Translations under genes and position numbers: made by a program | Shown: positions 52,691 through 64,000 of the stretch, piece by piece | How the letters are laid out: each line of letters starts with the position of its first letter | Position numbering within the stretch: position 1 is the first letter of the stretch | DNA from: Camelus ferus | Lineage: Eukaryota | Length of the DNA stretch: 64,000 nt | Reading direction: 5' to 3' | Assembly: GCF_009834535.1 (NCBI RefSeq) | Contig: NC_045697.1 | Coordinates: 16,432,001 to 16,496,000, forward strand | Notes under the pieces: generated by a model | The model's database searches: none | Seen by the model: only the letters and a program-made list of their open reading frames with translations | What the model was told of the DNA's origin: nothing

Positions 52691-55083
52691 TGATTTTTCT
52701 TATATTCTTAATTCATATCTGTATGAAATAAGCAGTATTAACTGGTTTTATAAGGACTTCAAACTCAATCCCTTAGCAGTAGATTTCAAATTCCTTAATA
52801 GTTACAGGGCAATTGCAGTCATCTATTTCATAATCTATTTTATAGTAGGTATGTAGTGGTAGTTTGTGTTTTTGAATAAAGTGATTTATTTCATCTAAGT
52901 TGTCATATTTGTATGTGAAGAATTATTCATAATATTTCCATATTACATTTTAGTATACCTACAGAGTTTGTGGTGATATCCCTTACTTCGTTTCAAATAT
53001 TTGCAATTCTTTTCTTTTCTTTCTTTTTTTTTTCCCTCCCTCAGATTTGCTAGCTGTTTGTCAATTTTTTTAATCTTTTTGAAGAATAAGCTCTTGGTTT
53101 CATTGATTTTCTCTATTGTGTTTCTGTTTCCAAGTTCAAAATTTTTGCTCTTACTATTTCTTTTCTTCTGTTTGCTTTGGGCTTATTTTGTTCGTCTTTT
53201 TATAGGTTGAAGTGGAAGCTTGGATTATTGATTTGAGGAATTTCCTAATGTGTGAATTTAGCTGTATAAATTTCCTCCTCAGCACAGCTTTGTCTGTGTC
53301 TCACAAATTTTGATAATTGTATTTCTATTTTCATTCTATTAAATGAACATTTTAAAATTTCTCCTGAAACTATTCTATTGGCCCATGGATTATTTAAAAT
53401 ATGCTGCCTAGTTCCTAATGTTTGGAAATTTTTCTGTAAATTCTCTTATTGACCTCTAGTTTGATCCATTGTGGTCAGAAAACACAATTAGTAAAATTTC
53501 AATTAGTTTACATTTTTGAGGCATATTCTATGGCTTTCTACCTTATGATATGATTCATAGGTATTTTAAAATGATGTGGGTTCTGCTGTTGTTGAGTGTT
53601 CTAAAAATATTGAGTAGATATTGTTGGTTAAGTGGTGCTGTTGAGTTCTTCTATTCCTTGCTTATTTTCTGTCTGGTTTTTCAATAATTCACTGAGAGAG
53701 GGGTGTTGAGGTCTCCAAGTATAATGGGGGTGTATTGTTTTGTTTCAGTTTTATCAAGTTTCTGCCTCACACATTTTGCAGATCTGTTGTTTGGTGTATA
53801 CACATTTAGACATTCTGTGTCCATTTGTGTGTTTACTTTTTTATCATTATATGTTACTCATTCTTTTTTGTAATTTTTTTTTTGCTCTAAAATCTACTTT
53901 ATCTGACATTGATATATCTATTCGTGCTTTCCTTAGATTAATGTTTGCATTATATATCTTTTTTTTAATAGGTGGGTCATGTTTTATAAACCACTCTGCC
54001 AAACTCTGTCTTTTCATTGATGTATTTATGCCCTTTACATTTACTATAATTATTAATACTTTAGGATTAAGCCTACCATTTCATTTTCATTTTGTTTGTT
54101 CTCTCAGGTGTTTATTTTTGTTTTCTTTTTCCTGCCTTTCAATGGGTTACTTAAATTTTTCTAAGAATCCATTTTGACTTATCTATTTGTGTAGTTTTTT
54201 TAGTGGTTACTCTAGGTATTGCATTATTCATATGTATGTAGGTGAGATATATACAGATACATATACATATATCATCTCATATCACATACAATGGTATATT
54301 TATGTATATATTTATAGGTACAAACTAAACCTATTATAAACCCAAAACTTCCCTCTCTTTAAGTTCCTTTGTACTCCTCTATTTATAATATAATTGTCTT
54401 AAATATTTCTTCAGCGTACATTTAGAACCATATCACACAACGCTAAAATTTTTGCTTCAATCATCAAAAAAATTAGAAAACTCAAGAGAAGAAGTAAAAC
54501 CTATTGTATTTTTTTCATATTTTCTTAATTTTGTTCTTTCCTCCTCTCCAGACTTTTAGGGTTTCTTATTTTAGTGTTCTTTCTGTTTAGAGAACTTTCT
54601 TTAGCTGTTCTTATAGAATAGCTCTGAGATTGAGAGATTATCTTAGTTTCTCTTCACCTAAGAATATCTTGATTTCCCTTTCATTCCTGAAGGACATTTT
54701 TTCTGAGTATAGCTTTCTAGGTTGACAGTTCTTTTCTTTCACCACTTGAAAAAAATATTGTGCCACTTTTTTCTGGTCTCCATCACTTTTGATGAGAAAT
54801 CTGTTCTCATTCTACTTGTTTTTCCTCTACAGGTAATGGGTCATTTTTCTCTGACCACTTTCAAGATTTTTTCTTTGTCTTTAGTTTTTAAAAGTTTAAT
54901 TGTAATGTTTGTTTGCATGGATTCCTCTGAACTTATCCTGTTTGAAGTTTACACAGCTTTCTGAATCTGGAGATTTATGTCTTTTGACAAGTTTGGGAAA
55001 TTGTTGGCCATTATTTCCATGTGTAACTTTTCCATCATTGTCTTCTTTTTCTTGAAATCCAATGGCAAGGATGTTAGGTGTTT

Positions 55084-55294
55084 AAGAGAAATATATTCAA
55101 TTTTTTGTAATAAGCTATAATGGAAAAGAATCTGAATGTGTGTATATATATATATGTATATATGTGTGTGTGTGTGTGTGTGTGTATAGATATAGATATA
55201 TATATATAACTGAATCATTTTGCCATACACTGAAACCAACATTGTAAATCAACTACACTTTAATAAAAACTGAAACAAAAAAATGAGAAAAAAA
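55084..55294 (+). mobile_element. Short cetartiodactyl-type L1 3' end with a 13-bp TSD
   Basis: tataatggaaaagaatctgaa...actgaatcattttgccatacactgaaacc...aataaa and A tail; TSD atgttaggtgttt (55071-83) / atgttaggtcttt (55295-307). Confidence 0.85.
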
Positions 55295-56558
55295 ATGTTA
55301 GGTCTTTGATTACAGTTCCACAGATCCCAAAGACTGCTGATTTTTTTCAATCCATTTTATCTTTGCTATTCAGATTGGATAAGTTCTATTTTTCTATCTA
55401 TATTCCATTCACTGATGATTTCCCCTGTCCCTTCCATTCTGTAATTGAAACTATTCAGAGAGCTGTCTTATTTCAGTAATTTTATTTTTCAGTTCTAAAA
55501 TTTTTGTTTGATTCTTCTTCCATTATTTTCCATTTCCCTGCTGAGACTTTCTTTGCTGAGACTTTTTTATATTTTCATTTGTCAAAAGCACTTTGATAAT
55601 TGGTCATTAAAACATTTTTTCTCTTGCTGCTTTAAAATCTTTGTTTGATAATTTTAGTATCTTTGTCATGTCAGCATTGGCATTTCTTGCTTATATTTTT
55701 ATTTAGTTTAAGATCTTCCTGATTCTTAATATGATATGCAATTTTTCCTTGAAACCTGGACATTTTTGAATTATGTTAGGTAATTCTTGATATTAATAAA
55801 CTTCACTTTTAATTGGATTTTTGAGGGCATAACCTGTTGAGGGGAAAGGGGAAGGTACCATTTCCTTTACCAGCACATAGAAATTGAATTCCAGGTTTGC
55901 CATTTAGCCTCTATTGACACTCAAGTTGGGCAAGTCTCCTCATTACTGCTGGGCAGAGGTGGAAGTTCTGATTCATTATGTTGCCTCCACTGACAGCAGT
56001 GGGGATGGCCTCGTTACCCCTGGGTGATGATGGAAGATATTATTCTCCATTAGCCTTCCTGAGTGGAGATTGGGAGCATTACTGCCAAGTATGAGTAGAA
56101 ATCCACGCTCCCATGTGGTCTGTTCTGACACTGGGTGAGAGGACAGTAGGGATTAAAATTCTAGCTCCTTACCTAACCTTCTCCAACTCCATCCCAGGAG
56201 GGGTGTTATATTTCCTTGTTGTATCCTCAAGTGGATTCCCACTCAGCCTTTGCTGATTTTTTCTGTGTTGGTTAGCTGGAATGGAGAAGTTAGTGTCTAA
56301 AGGTTTTCTGTCTTGTTAGGCTTCCATTTTTCCTGTCCTTTGGCTAGAAAGAGCAGGCTTTCATTAGGGCCATTTTTGTCTGTGCTGGCTGGTATACCCA
56401 GGTTGCTGGCTTCATCAGATCTGAGTCAGGAGGCAAAAAGGAAACCTGGGTAACTAACTGCCATATCATTCCTTAGCTCCTAAGTTTCCTTGACAGTCTG
56501 CTTTCTTCTTCCTGTATTTCAGAGTCTTCTTATATTAGTTTTAAATATATATATATAT

Positions 56559-56631
56559 AAAAATTAGGTATGAAGCCTCCCACTTTTACTAGAGGCACAT
56601 GTATTGTTTCAAATCCAAAGGGGGAAAATCA
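56559..56631 (+). repeat. 73-bp direct copy of 58053-58126 inserted into a (TA)n tract
   Basis: Aligned by eye: 2 substitutions and a 1-bp A-run indel. Confidence 0.95.
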
Positions 56632-57109
56632 TATCTCTCTCTCTATATATATATATATATATGAACTATATATACATATAGTTCAGTATTCCTAATTATA
56701 CTTAGTGTGGTGATAAGGAAAGTATGCCTACTCCATCTCTTAGAAGCAGAAGTCTCATTAATAAAGCTTTTAAAAATAATAATTTAATTCATATTGTTTT
56801 TAAATTAAAAAAGAAATCCAGAGTCTAGTTTATCTGAGAGATTGCCCCACAAAAATTATACTTAGTATTGTGATCAGCCTATCCTATGCAAATAGTATTT
56901 AAAATATTGCTTTTCCATGCCATCTTTAGCTCCCAAAGAGCCGGAAGACCAGTAATGAATGTTTGCCTTCAGGTAATATATTGAGACAGTACTTGAACCA
57001 GTCATATCGAGCAGAAACTTGGGGTAGATCAAAGACCAAACAAGAAATCATGGTCGCAGGTAGGTAGACAGACCTGGGAGAACAGGATTGCGAATAGTCT
57101 CGTACTATC

Positions 57110-57295
57110 ATGTCATCTCACTGCATCGTGACAACAGCCCTGGGAAGTAGGTACTATTATTGATTTTCATTTTACAAAAGAGGAAAGAGACACTCAGGGA
57201 CTAAATAATTCTCCCAAGTTTTCACAGCAAGAAACTGGAGGATCCGTTCTTCAAAACTCATCTGTCTGACTCTAGAATCTAGGCTTTTAACTGTT
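57110..57295 (-). mobile_element. MIR SINE
   Basis: acaacagccctgggaagtaggtactattattg...cattttacaaaagaggaaa. Confidence 0.8.
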
Positions 57296-58159
57296 AATAG
57301 ATCAGAGATGCTCAGACGAAGTGGTTCTAATATTAGCGTTCCAGATAAGAGATCACAACAATGATATCCAAGGGTCAGAATAAACTCTAATCTCAGACAA
57401 AATGATCTGCTAAGACAGTGATCCAAAAAGTAGCTGGAGGTTTCCAACAGATGAGCTGAGCTTCAGTAAATGGAATTCCAGTGCAAATGCTCTGTTGTTG
57501 CTGGAAGAGAAGTAAATGGGTAGCATCAGAAGAATAAGGAGAAGGAAGCCTGATTTGTGGATCCAGGTCAGGGTGAAGATTTCTGGACCTGTTTGAAGGG
57601 ACTTGACAGAAATATAAGTAACTCACAAGGAGAGGGGAGGACTGTCTAGATGATTAGAACATTGACTCATAATCAGTCATCACACTGATAATACCAATTA
57701 TTGAGTACAAGTTGACTACCAGTTATTGAGTGTGTGCCATATACCATAGGCTGAGCTCGATACTGAAATAAGTTTCAATAATTGGAACATGTAGCCAAGA
57801 CTCAGACTAGAACTGAGTGTGCCAGATTCCCTTTATCGCAATGGAGCACCCTAAAAGGATGCACTTGGGGCCCCAGCATTCAGCACTGAGGTATTTAGAG
57901 TTCTTATTAGGAAAGATAACTTAGTAATAAACTTATGAATAAAAAAATGTGAATTCTTAAGCACCTCCTGCCTCAAATCATGACTGGTCTAGAACACAGG
58001 ATGCAACAAAGTCTGCAGTTGAATAGATCAATCATCTATGAGGTTGGAAAAAAAAAATTAGGTATGAAGTCTCCCACTTTTACTAGGGGCACATGTATTG
58101 TTTCAAATCCAAAGGGGGAAAAATCAATACAAGATAACATCCCTACAACACATCACCCA

Positions 58160-58600
58160 TCAAACATTCACTCATTCATTCATTCAATGACTAAGTACTG
58201 AACATTTGTTCTGTGCTTGGAATCACAAGTCCTCTGGATACAGAAAAGGACAAAACATGCCTGATTCTGCCTTTGTCGGGCTCACTGCCTAACACCGGAG
58301 GACACTTAACACAATGGATTGATTGATGAATCACAGACAGCACATGAAACAGTGAGCTAGCTGTTTAAATACAGATGTTTCCCAGTTACAAAAGATGTAA
58401 CAAAAGTGTACAGCAGAGATACACAACCTCTCCCAGAAGAAGGGAAGAGTGTTTAAGCTGAGGCCTTGATTTTGAGTAAGCTGAGGAAAGTGAGGATTAA
58501 GAAGGTCCTAGTCAGAGTGAATGGCGATGGAAAAGCCCTGATCCTGGAAGTTATCCCACATGCTAAAGGATCCAAAAAAGGGCCAGAGAGGCTGGAATCT
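58160..58600 (-). mobile_element. L2 3' portion
   Basis: cattcactcattcattcattcaatgactaagtactgaacatttg. Confidence 0.7.
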
Positions 58601-59682
58601 GGGTAGGGCAGAGTTCACCTCTGTGCCTGTGGAGGCAGGAGGGAGTTCCTTGGAGGTAAAATGCAGCACAGAGTGGGTGGGCGCCCTAGGAAGTGACTCC
58701 AGTGCAGGCTCAGTCTGGTCACTTTCTGGGTGGCAGGAGCCTCGCTCTACGGCTCTGCCCCCTTTGCCGTCTTTGTACTAAGCACAATGAGTGAAGATGT
58801 GAAAGCAGCTCTTCTTAGGACTTAAAACCTCATCTTCTCCTCAGCAAGAGCTCTCAAGTGGCCCGGAGTTGGTGTCTGGAGAGCAGTACCAGCCCTGCCC
58901 TTGTGAAGAGTCACCTATGAGCAGTGGAGCAGCTCCTCGGATCAGAGGCAGCGGGCAGCCAGGATCCACGTGACCTGGTCCAGATCACCATGGAGCTAAT
59001 GAAAAGGGGTTGGGACTCTGCCAGCTACAAGATCTAGTACGGAGGAGCCAAACGATGTGTTTTAAACTACTTCGAAATCTGTGGATGTTTCCTCCACCTT
59101 TGAAGATCATTACAGCCCTGAGCTAACCACCAGTAACCCCACGGAAGCCTAATATCAAAAATCAGTAGAGAAGCATAATTTCCCAGCCAATTCTGGCATC
59201 CCGCTCCGCTGAAACCCATCTCACTGTAAAACTACAGGATAGTGTATGTCACGTATTTCTTCCCCATGTGTATTTGGAGTTATTTTGGCAGGATTTCATG
59301 AGTTTCTTGATTCATGTAAAGGATGGTAGCCATAATGTTGATAGAGTGACTACCGACCCCATGTAGATATAATTAAATGCCTGGGCTTATCCTAGCCATT
59401 CAGTAAATATTTACTGATTCCAGCTATCTGTGCGGCACCCTTCTACATAACAGAGATCGATGGGAGATACGCAAAGTTCTTGTTCAGTGAGGTTCGTCGT
59501 CTAAAAAGCTGAGACAGTAGCCATATAATCAAGAAGAAAGAAGAAAGGAGAGAAAGAGAAGGAGGGAGAAAAGTAAAAGGAAGGAAGGGAAGGAGAGAGT
59601 AAAGGAAGAAGGAAGGACATTTCTGGCCGTGTTAACTAGCAGGAAAATTAAAAAGGGACAACGTGATTGACCATACTCAGCA

Positions 59683-60205
59683 TGTGTCTGCCTGACTAGT
59701 GCTGTGTCACACACCACTCAGATACTTAGCGACTGAAAACGATGTTGTGTTTTGTTTACAGGTTTTGTGATTGAGAATTCTGGAGGGGTTCAGCTGGGTG
59801 GTTTGTCTGTGATCCATACAGTGGCAGCCAGGACAGGAACATCCTCTTTCAAAAACAGCTTTTTCAGGCACAGGTCGAGGATGCAGGCTCCCTCCCTCCC
59901 TCCTTAACCTCTTCCTCCTTTCCTCTTTCCACGTGGCATTTCGCCATTTCATCCTGTCTCTCAGCATGGCTTCATTTCCTTACAGTGTGGCAGTCAGAGA
60001 GCAGTCACACTGATTACATGGTAACTTGCTTCTCTAACTGTGAGTGACAGTTGCCGATCCCTAAAGGCCGGGGCTCAGAAGAGTCTAGCAACTTCTCTAT
60101 ATGTGAGCCGTCACAGAGCCCACCTAGACTCAAGGAGATGTTCCGTGGGCCCCCAGCCCTCGATGGAGAAGTGCCAAGGCACACAGGCCATCTTTAACCT
60201 AGCAC
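59683..60205 (-). mobile_element. MLT1 (G/H-like) LTR
   Basis: tgctgtgtcacacaccactcagatacttagcgactgaaaac...ggccatctttaacctagcaca. Confidence 0.7.
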
Positions 60206-60219
60206 AGGGTCTCTGACAT

Positions 60220-61110
60220 AATGTTGAGTGACTGAAGATAGCTTCCCTCGGGAGGTGACATTTGAACTGACTCCTGAGTGACAAGAAGAAACTAAAATGA
60301 TAACTTCTAAGAGCAGACCACGCTAGGCAGAGGGAACAGCACACAAAAACCCTGAGGCATAAATGATTGCTGTGTTTGAGAGAAGAGTGAAGGCTAGTGC
60401 AGCCGGAGCTTGAAGACTAGAGGGAGAGACTGTGAGGATGTGAGATAGTAAAAGTAGAGTCAGTTGGCCATGGGTGGGATTGGGATACTATTCTTAGTGT
60501 AAGGGAAGGCATAGGAAGCTTTTGAAATTAGCATGAAGTAATTTACATGTTTAAAGGATTACAGAAGTACCAGAATAGCAGTTGGAAGAACAGTTAGGAG
60601 ACTATCACAGCAATTCAAGTATGCGATGATGATGATTTAGACTCACTTGATTCCACTGAGGACAGATTTAAGATGAACGTGGATATAGGTATAGGTACAG
60701 GTTTAGGAATAAGTGTAGGTATAGGTACACACATAGATGTAGATGCAGGGAGAGATTTAGAGGTGGACCTATATACATATGTATTTAAATAGAGACTTAG
60801 ATATACATATGCACATAAAAATCAATATGGAAATCATTATAGAATGAGATAGAGATAGAAATACAGAGAGAGACACTGACATAGAAATAGAAAGATAATA
60901 GATTTAAGGATAAGGTATATAGAGACAAAGATATGCAGATATATTTAGATACAGATAGAGATAGATATAAATGTTTAAGTAGAGTTTAGACAGAGATAGA
61001 GACACAAACAGAGGTAGATAGACATTTGAGATGGACACAGCAGAGTTTGTTAGGGGATTAGGTAAGACAGCAAGGATGCAAAAGAATTCAAGGATGCACC
61101 TGGATGCAGA
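60220..61110 (-). mobile_element. L2 fragment with a degenerate AGAT/GATA-rich tract (about 60680-61030)
   Basis: gcttccctcgggaggtgacatttgaactgactcctga...aggcagagggaacagc. Confidence 0.7.
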
Positions 61111-61319
61111 GTAAGGCTGGTGACTGAGTTGGAGGAGACTGGTTTATGGAAATTATTCCACTAAAGAGGTAAAATCGGCTCAAGAACTCCTCTGAAATCA
61201 GAAGTACTAGAGGGGGTCATGTCACACTGATTTGTGTCCCCTTCCCTCTCACATGAACGCTCTTCTCTGCCTCTGTCTTTCAACCTAGCGTTTCTCACCT
61301 CTGGAATATTATGATTGGG

Positions 61320-61560
61320 AGAGTGTCACAGGCTTTGGAGCAATAGAGGTCTGTATTCAAACCAGGTGGCTGCCATTTACAAGCTATGGACCACAGGGCA
61401 AATTAGCTCACTTCTTTAAGCTTCAGGATCTTCTACTTCAAACTGGAAATAACTTTACTTACCTCCCAGGGCTGCTATGAGAATTAAAAATTTTTTAAAA
61501 ATATGTAAGATGCATTTAGTGCTGTGTCCAGAACCGAATAGGACTCAAGAAATGTTCATC
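61320..61560 (+). mobile_element. MIR SINE
   Basis: ggctttggagc...gggcaaattagctcacttctttaagcttcag...acctcccagggctgctatgagaattaaa. Confidence 0.8.
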
Positions 61561-63029
61561 TTCTTTTCCTTATTTTCTCAAGCCTTTCAAAATCCTACTT
61601 GTTTGCTAAGAATCAACCTTTCTTAGTTGCTTTGTGAAACTTTTTAAATCATTGCCACTCCTCAATGTATCATTCCATAATTATTCCCATTGAGCTAATG
61701 CAACTCCCTGATTAAACTGTAATTTCCTTAAAGGCAGCAATTGACTATTACACAACCTCTTTTTTCCACAACATCCAGCACAATGCTGAAAACTCCATAA
61801 GTATATAAAATAAAAACCTATTTATTAAATTCTCTTTTTTTCTTTTGGTATATTAAATAATTCTCCAATATTGAAGTTCCAATGAGAATTGAATCTAAAA
61901 ATGATTTAATACATAGAGTTTCATGGATTTTCCTAATTAAATAAGCAAAGGACTTCAGGAAGGTTTTGTTTTTCTTATTCTTTTCAAGTGGTCTCATATT
62001 TAATAGAACGTTATAGATATGAAAATAGAAGTCTCTGTAATGGATGGTTTTTTCCCCATCAAGGTCTCTGAAAGTTAGTCAACGTCTTCAAATTACATTG
62101 ATGTGTCATTGTCTTAAATGACTTATATTATACGAGAACATTTGTGAATGCTAATCACTCTGTATTCTTGGGGTAAAATTTACCTTTGAAAATATAGCTT
62201 CCTGAGACAGATATTGTATATTATATTTTAAAGTGTATTTGTTACAAGTAATTTTTTTAAATTCAAAATGTGACTTCTAGATAAAGTTTCACATTACAAT
62301 AATATCTTTCTCTTCTTTCTGTCTCTACCTGTTTTCTTTCTTGCACAGAGTATGAAAGTATCCTCCCAAAAGCTGGAACTGTTCTTACCACTGCAAAAAC
62401 TACACCCCTTCAGAAGCTTTGTCTCCAATTTTGATCAAATACAAGCATAGCTATCTTTGTCAAACCTTATTAATATGAAGAGAATTTCTCTTTTGGATTC
62501 TTAACCATGTGTTCATAAAATTATTTCTCTATGACTTGAGGATTTTTATTGTCAAGGAATATCTCTCATTTTACACTATTATTGCTTATTGGTCTTAGTA
62601 TCCATTGATTTTCCACATTGACTTTTTTTCATAAAATAATAATTCCTATCTTAATAACTAGTCCCATATAAGATATGTTAAATCACATGTAGACAAACAA
62701 TCTTTTTGTACTATACAAATACCATTGGTGGTATATCCTTTTTAATCAGAGTTGCAAATTGAGTATTCCATAACAAATGCTGCATACAACCATAATAAAA
62801 AACAAAGAAAATTATGAAATAAGAAATATTAAGCAAAAAGTTTCTTTCCTTGGTACAGTTATAAAAAGGATTCCTCTATGGATAACCTTTTAATGAATGC
62901 TGGAGTGCGGGCTATCCCACTATTGAAACATTGGCACAAATATCTATGCCCCAAATGGATAATCCAGAGTGTAGCATAGTCAAAAATGCACCAAATCCTT
63001 TGATAATTTTTCATCTGTACCTGGTGATG

Positions 63030-63560
63030 TGGATGATCTGACCCTTCTCTTCTTTCCACCCTCATGTCAGATTACTCTTTGCTTTGCTCAGGATGATCCA
63101 GACACACTGATTCCAATTCCTTGAACACACATAACTCTCTTAGCTCAGAGATTTTGACCCTGACATTTCCTCCATGACCCTGACATTTCCCCCACCTCCA
63201 ACATTTTCCAAATGGCTCTTCACATGGCAGTATCTTTTAATCCTTTGGTTTAGATATCACCTCCTCAGTGAGTTTTTTGGCTACTTGAAGTATGTCTCCC
63301 TATATTGATAGAGCACCTAGATTCATAAATTTCATTTCATTGGGCATTTCACAGGCATCTTCTTTCTTGCAAAATACTCACTGCAATGTGTAATTATCAT
63401 CACAATTATTCAGAGGTTTATTTTCTGTCTTCTTCACTAGAATAGGATCTCCATAAGGACAGGAAATGTGTCTGTATTGATCATCACTCTCTTTCTAGTG
63501 CTTATGGAATAACCGGCACATAGTGGGTATTAACACGTTTTCTGCACGTATGAATGAATC
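63030..63560 (+). mobile_element. L2 3' portion containing a 20-bp tandem duplication (63155-63194)
   Basis: cactagaataggatctccataaggacagg...ggcacatagtggg...tgaatgaat; tgaccctgacatttcc(t/c)cca twice. Confidence 0.7.
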
Positions 63561-64000
63561 ATACACTTACGCCACAGAAATAAAGTGAGTGATAGGTCTA
63601 AATGTCCCCACCCACCACCAGCTTCCGAGGATTTGACACTAAATTCTCCTTCTCTAATGTAGTCTACTTTTACTCTTTTGTTATTCTGTATGATGTGTAA
63701 TAAAATCATGACCTTTGGAGTCAGACAACAGATTAGGTTTATGCTCATTCGGCAAAATAATATGATGTTAGATGTTGGTGAGCTAAATATTGATAGCATG
63801 TAAAGTAAATATTGGGCAGCTATCAGACTAGAAATGGACTTATATGTTATTATTTCTCAAATTTGTCTGTTTAATAAGATCTGGGGCTTGTTAAAAAGTA
63901 GAGATTCACAACAACCCACTCCTCTCTCAGATGGCCTGTTAGATTGACTCTGGACATTTTACAAGAATGCATTTGCTTCTGATGACTAAACATGTTTAGG

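Larger units (their letters stand above)
52780..56755 (-). mobile_element. Old L1 (L1M4/MC/MD-type) 5' half: ORF2 N-terminus, ORF1 and 5' UTR
   Basis: Antisense ORF2 text; ORF1-like peptide EIMANNFPNLSKDINLQIQKA in ORF 54949..55242; 5' end ...ctactccatctcttagaagcagaag. Confidence 0.8.

Noticed and set aside
52555..52800. Opposed L1 fragments as a twin-priming inversion
   Set aside because: No shared TSD or 3' tail is visible and the pieces are too decayed; they may be independent insertions.
53740..54177. Longest ORF (145 aa, hydrophobic) as a membrane protein
   Set aside because: It is the T-rich antisense strand of an old L1; the F/L/C richness is compositional.
60680..61030. Periodic AGAT-rich tract as a CRISPR-like or satellite array
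   Set aside because: No fixed repeat-spacer structure; it is a decayed simple repeat inside an L2.
229..63799. The short six-frame ORFs as host genes
   Set aside because: All are at most 145 aa and many use non-ATG starts. Many overlap repeats or microsatellites, and none resembles a cellular protein. No consistent exon chain was seen.

Overview
AT-rich, CpG-depleted eutherian genomic DNA, intronic or intergenic. I find no host protein-coding exon, RNA gene or CpG island. The only ORFs with recognisable homology are transposon relics: L1 ORF1 at about 9.5-10.2 kb and 55 kb, and a CR1/L3 ORF2 C-terminus at about 31 kb. Roughly half the window is interspersed repeat (L2, MIR, L3/CR1, old L1M, MER5/MER82 DNA transposons, MLT1/MLT2/ERVL LTRs, one ERV1-like solo LTR). 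Several young cetartiodactyl-type L1 3' ends are present, and no Alu, B1, BovB, Bov-A or PRE elements were seen, which points to a camelid-like genome (inference). Repeat family calls come from remembered consensus sequences, so subfamily names and boundaries are approximate. The most notable non-routine features are: a templated-insertion and fold-back repair scar at a (TA)n tract (56.55-56.69 kb, donor at 58.05 kb); recurrent TA-centred palindromes; and motif-dense unique segments that look like enhancers (25.0 kb; 48.45 kb SOX-POU) or CTCF sites. The sequence does not support a novel coding system.
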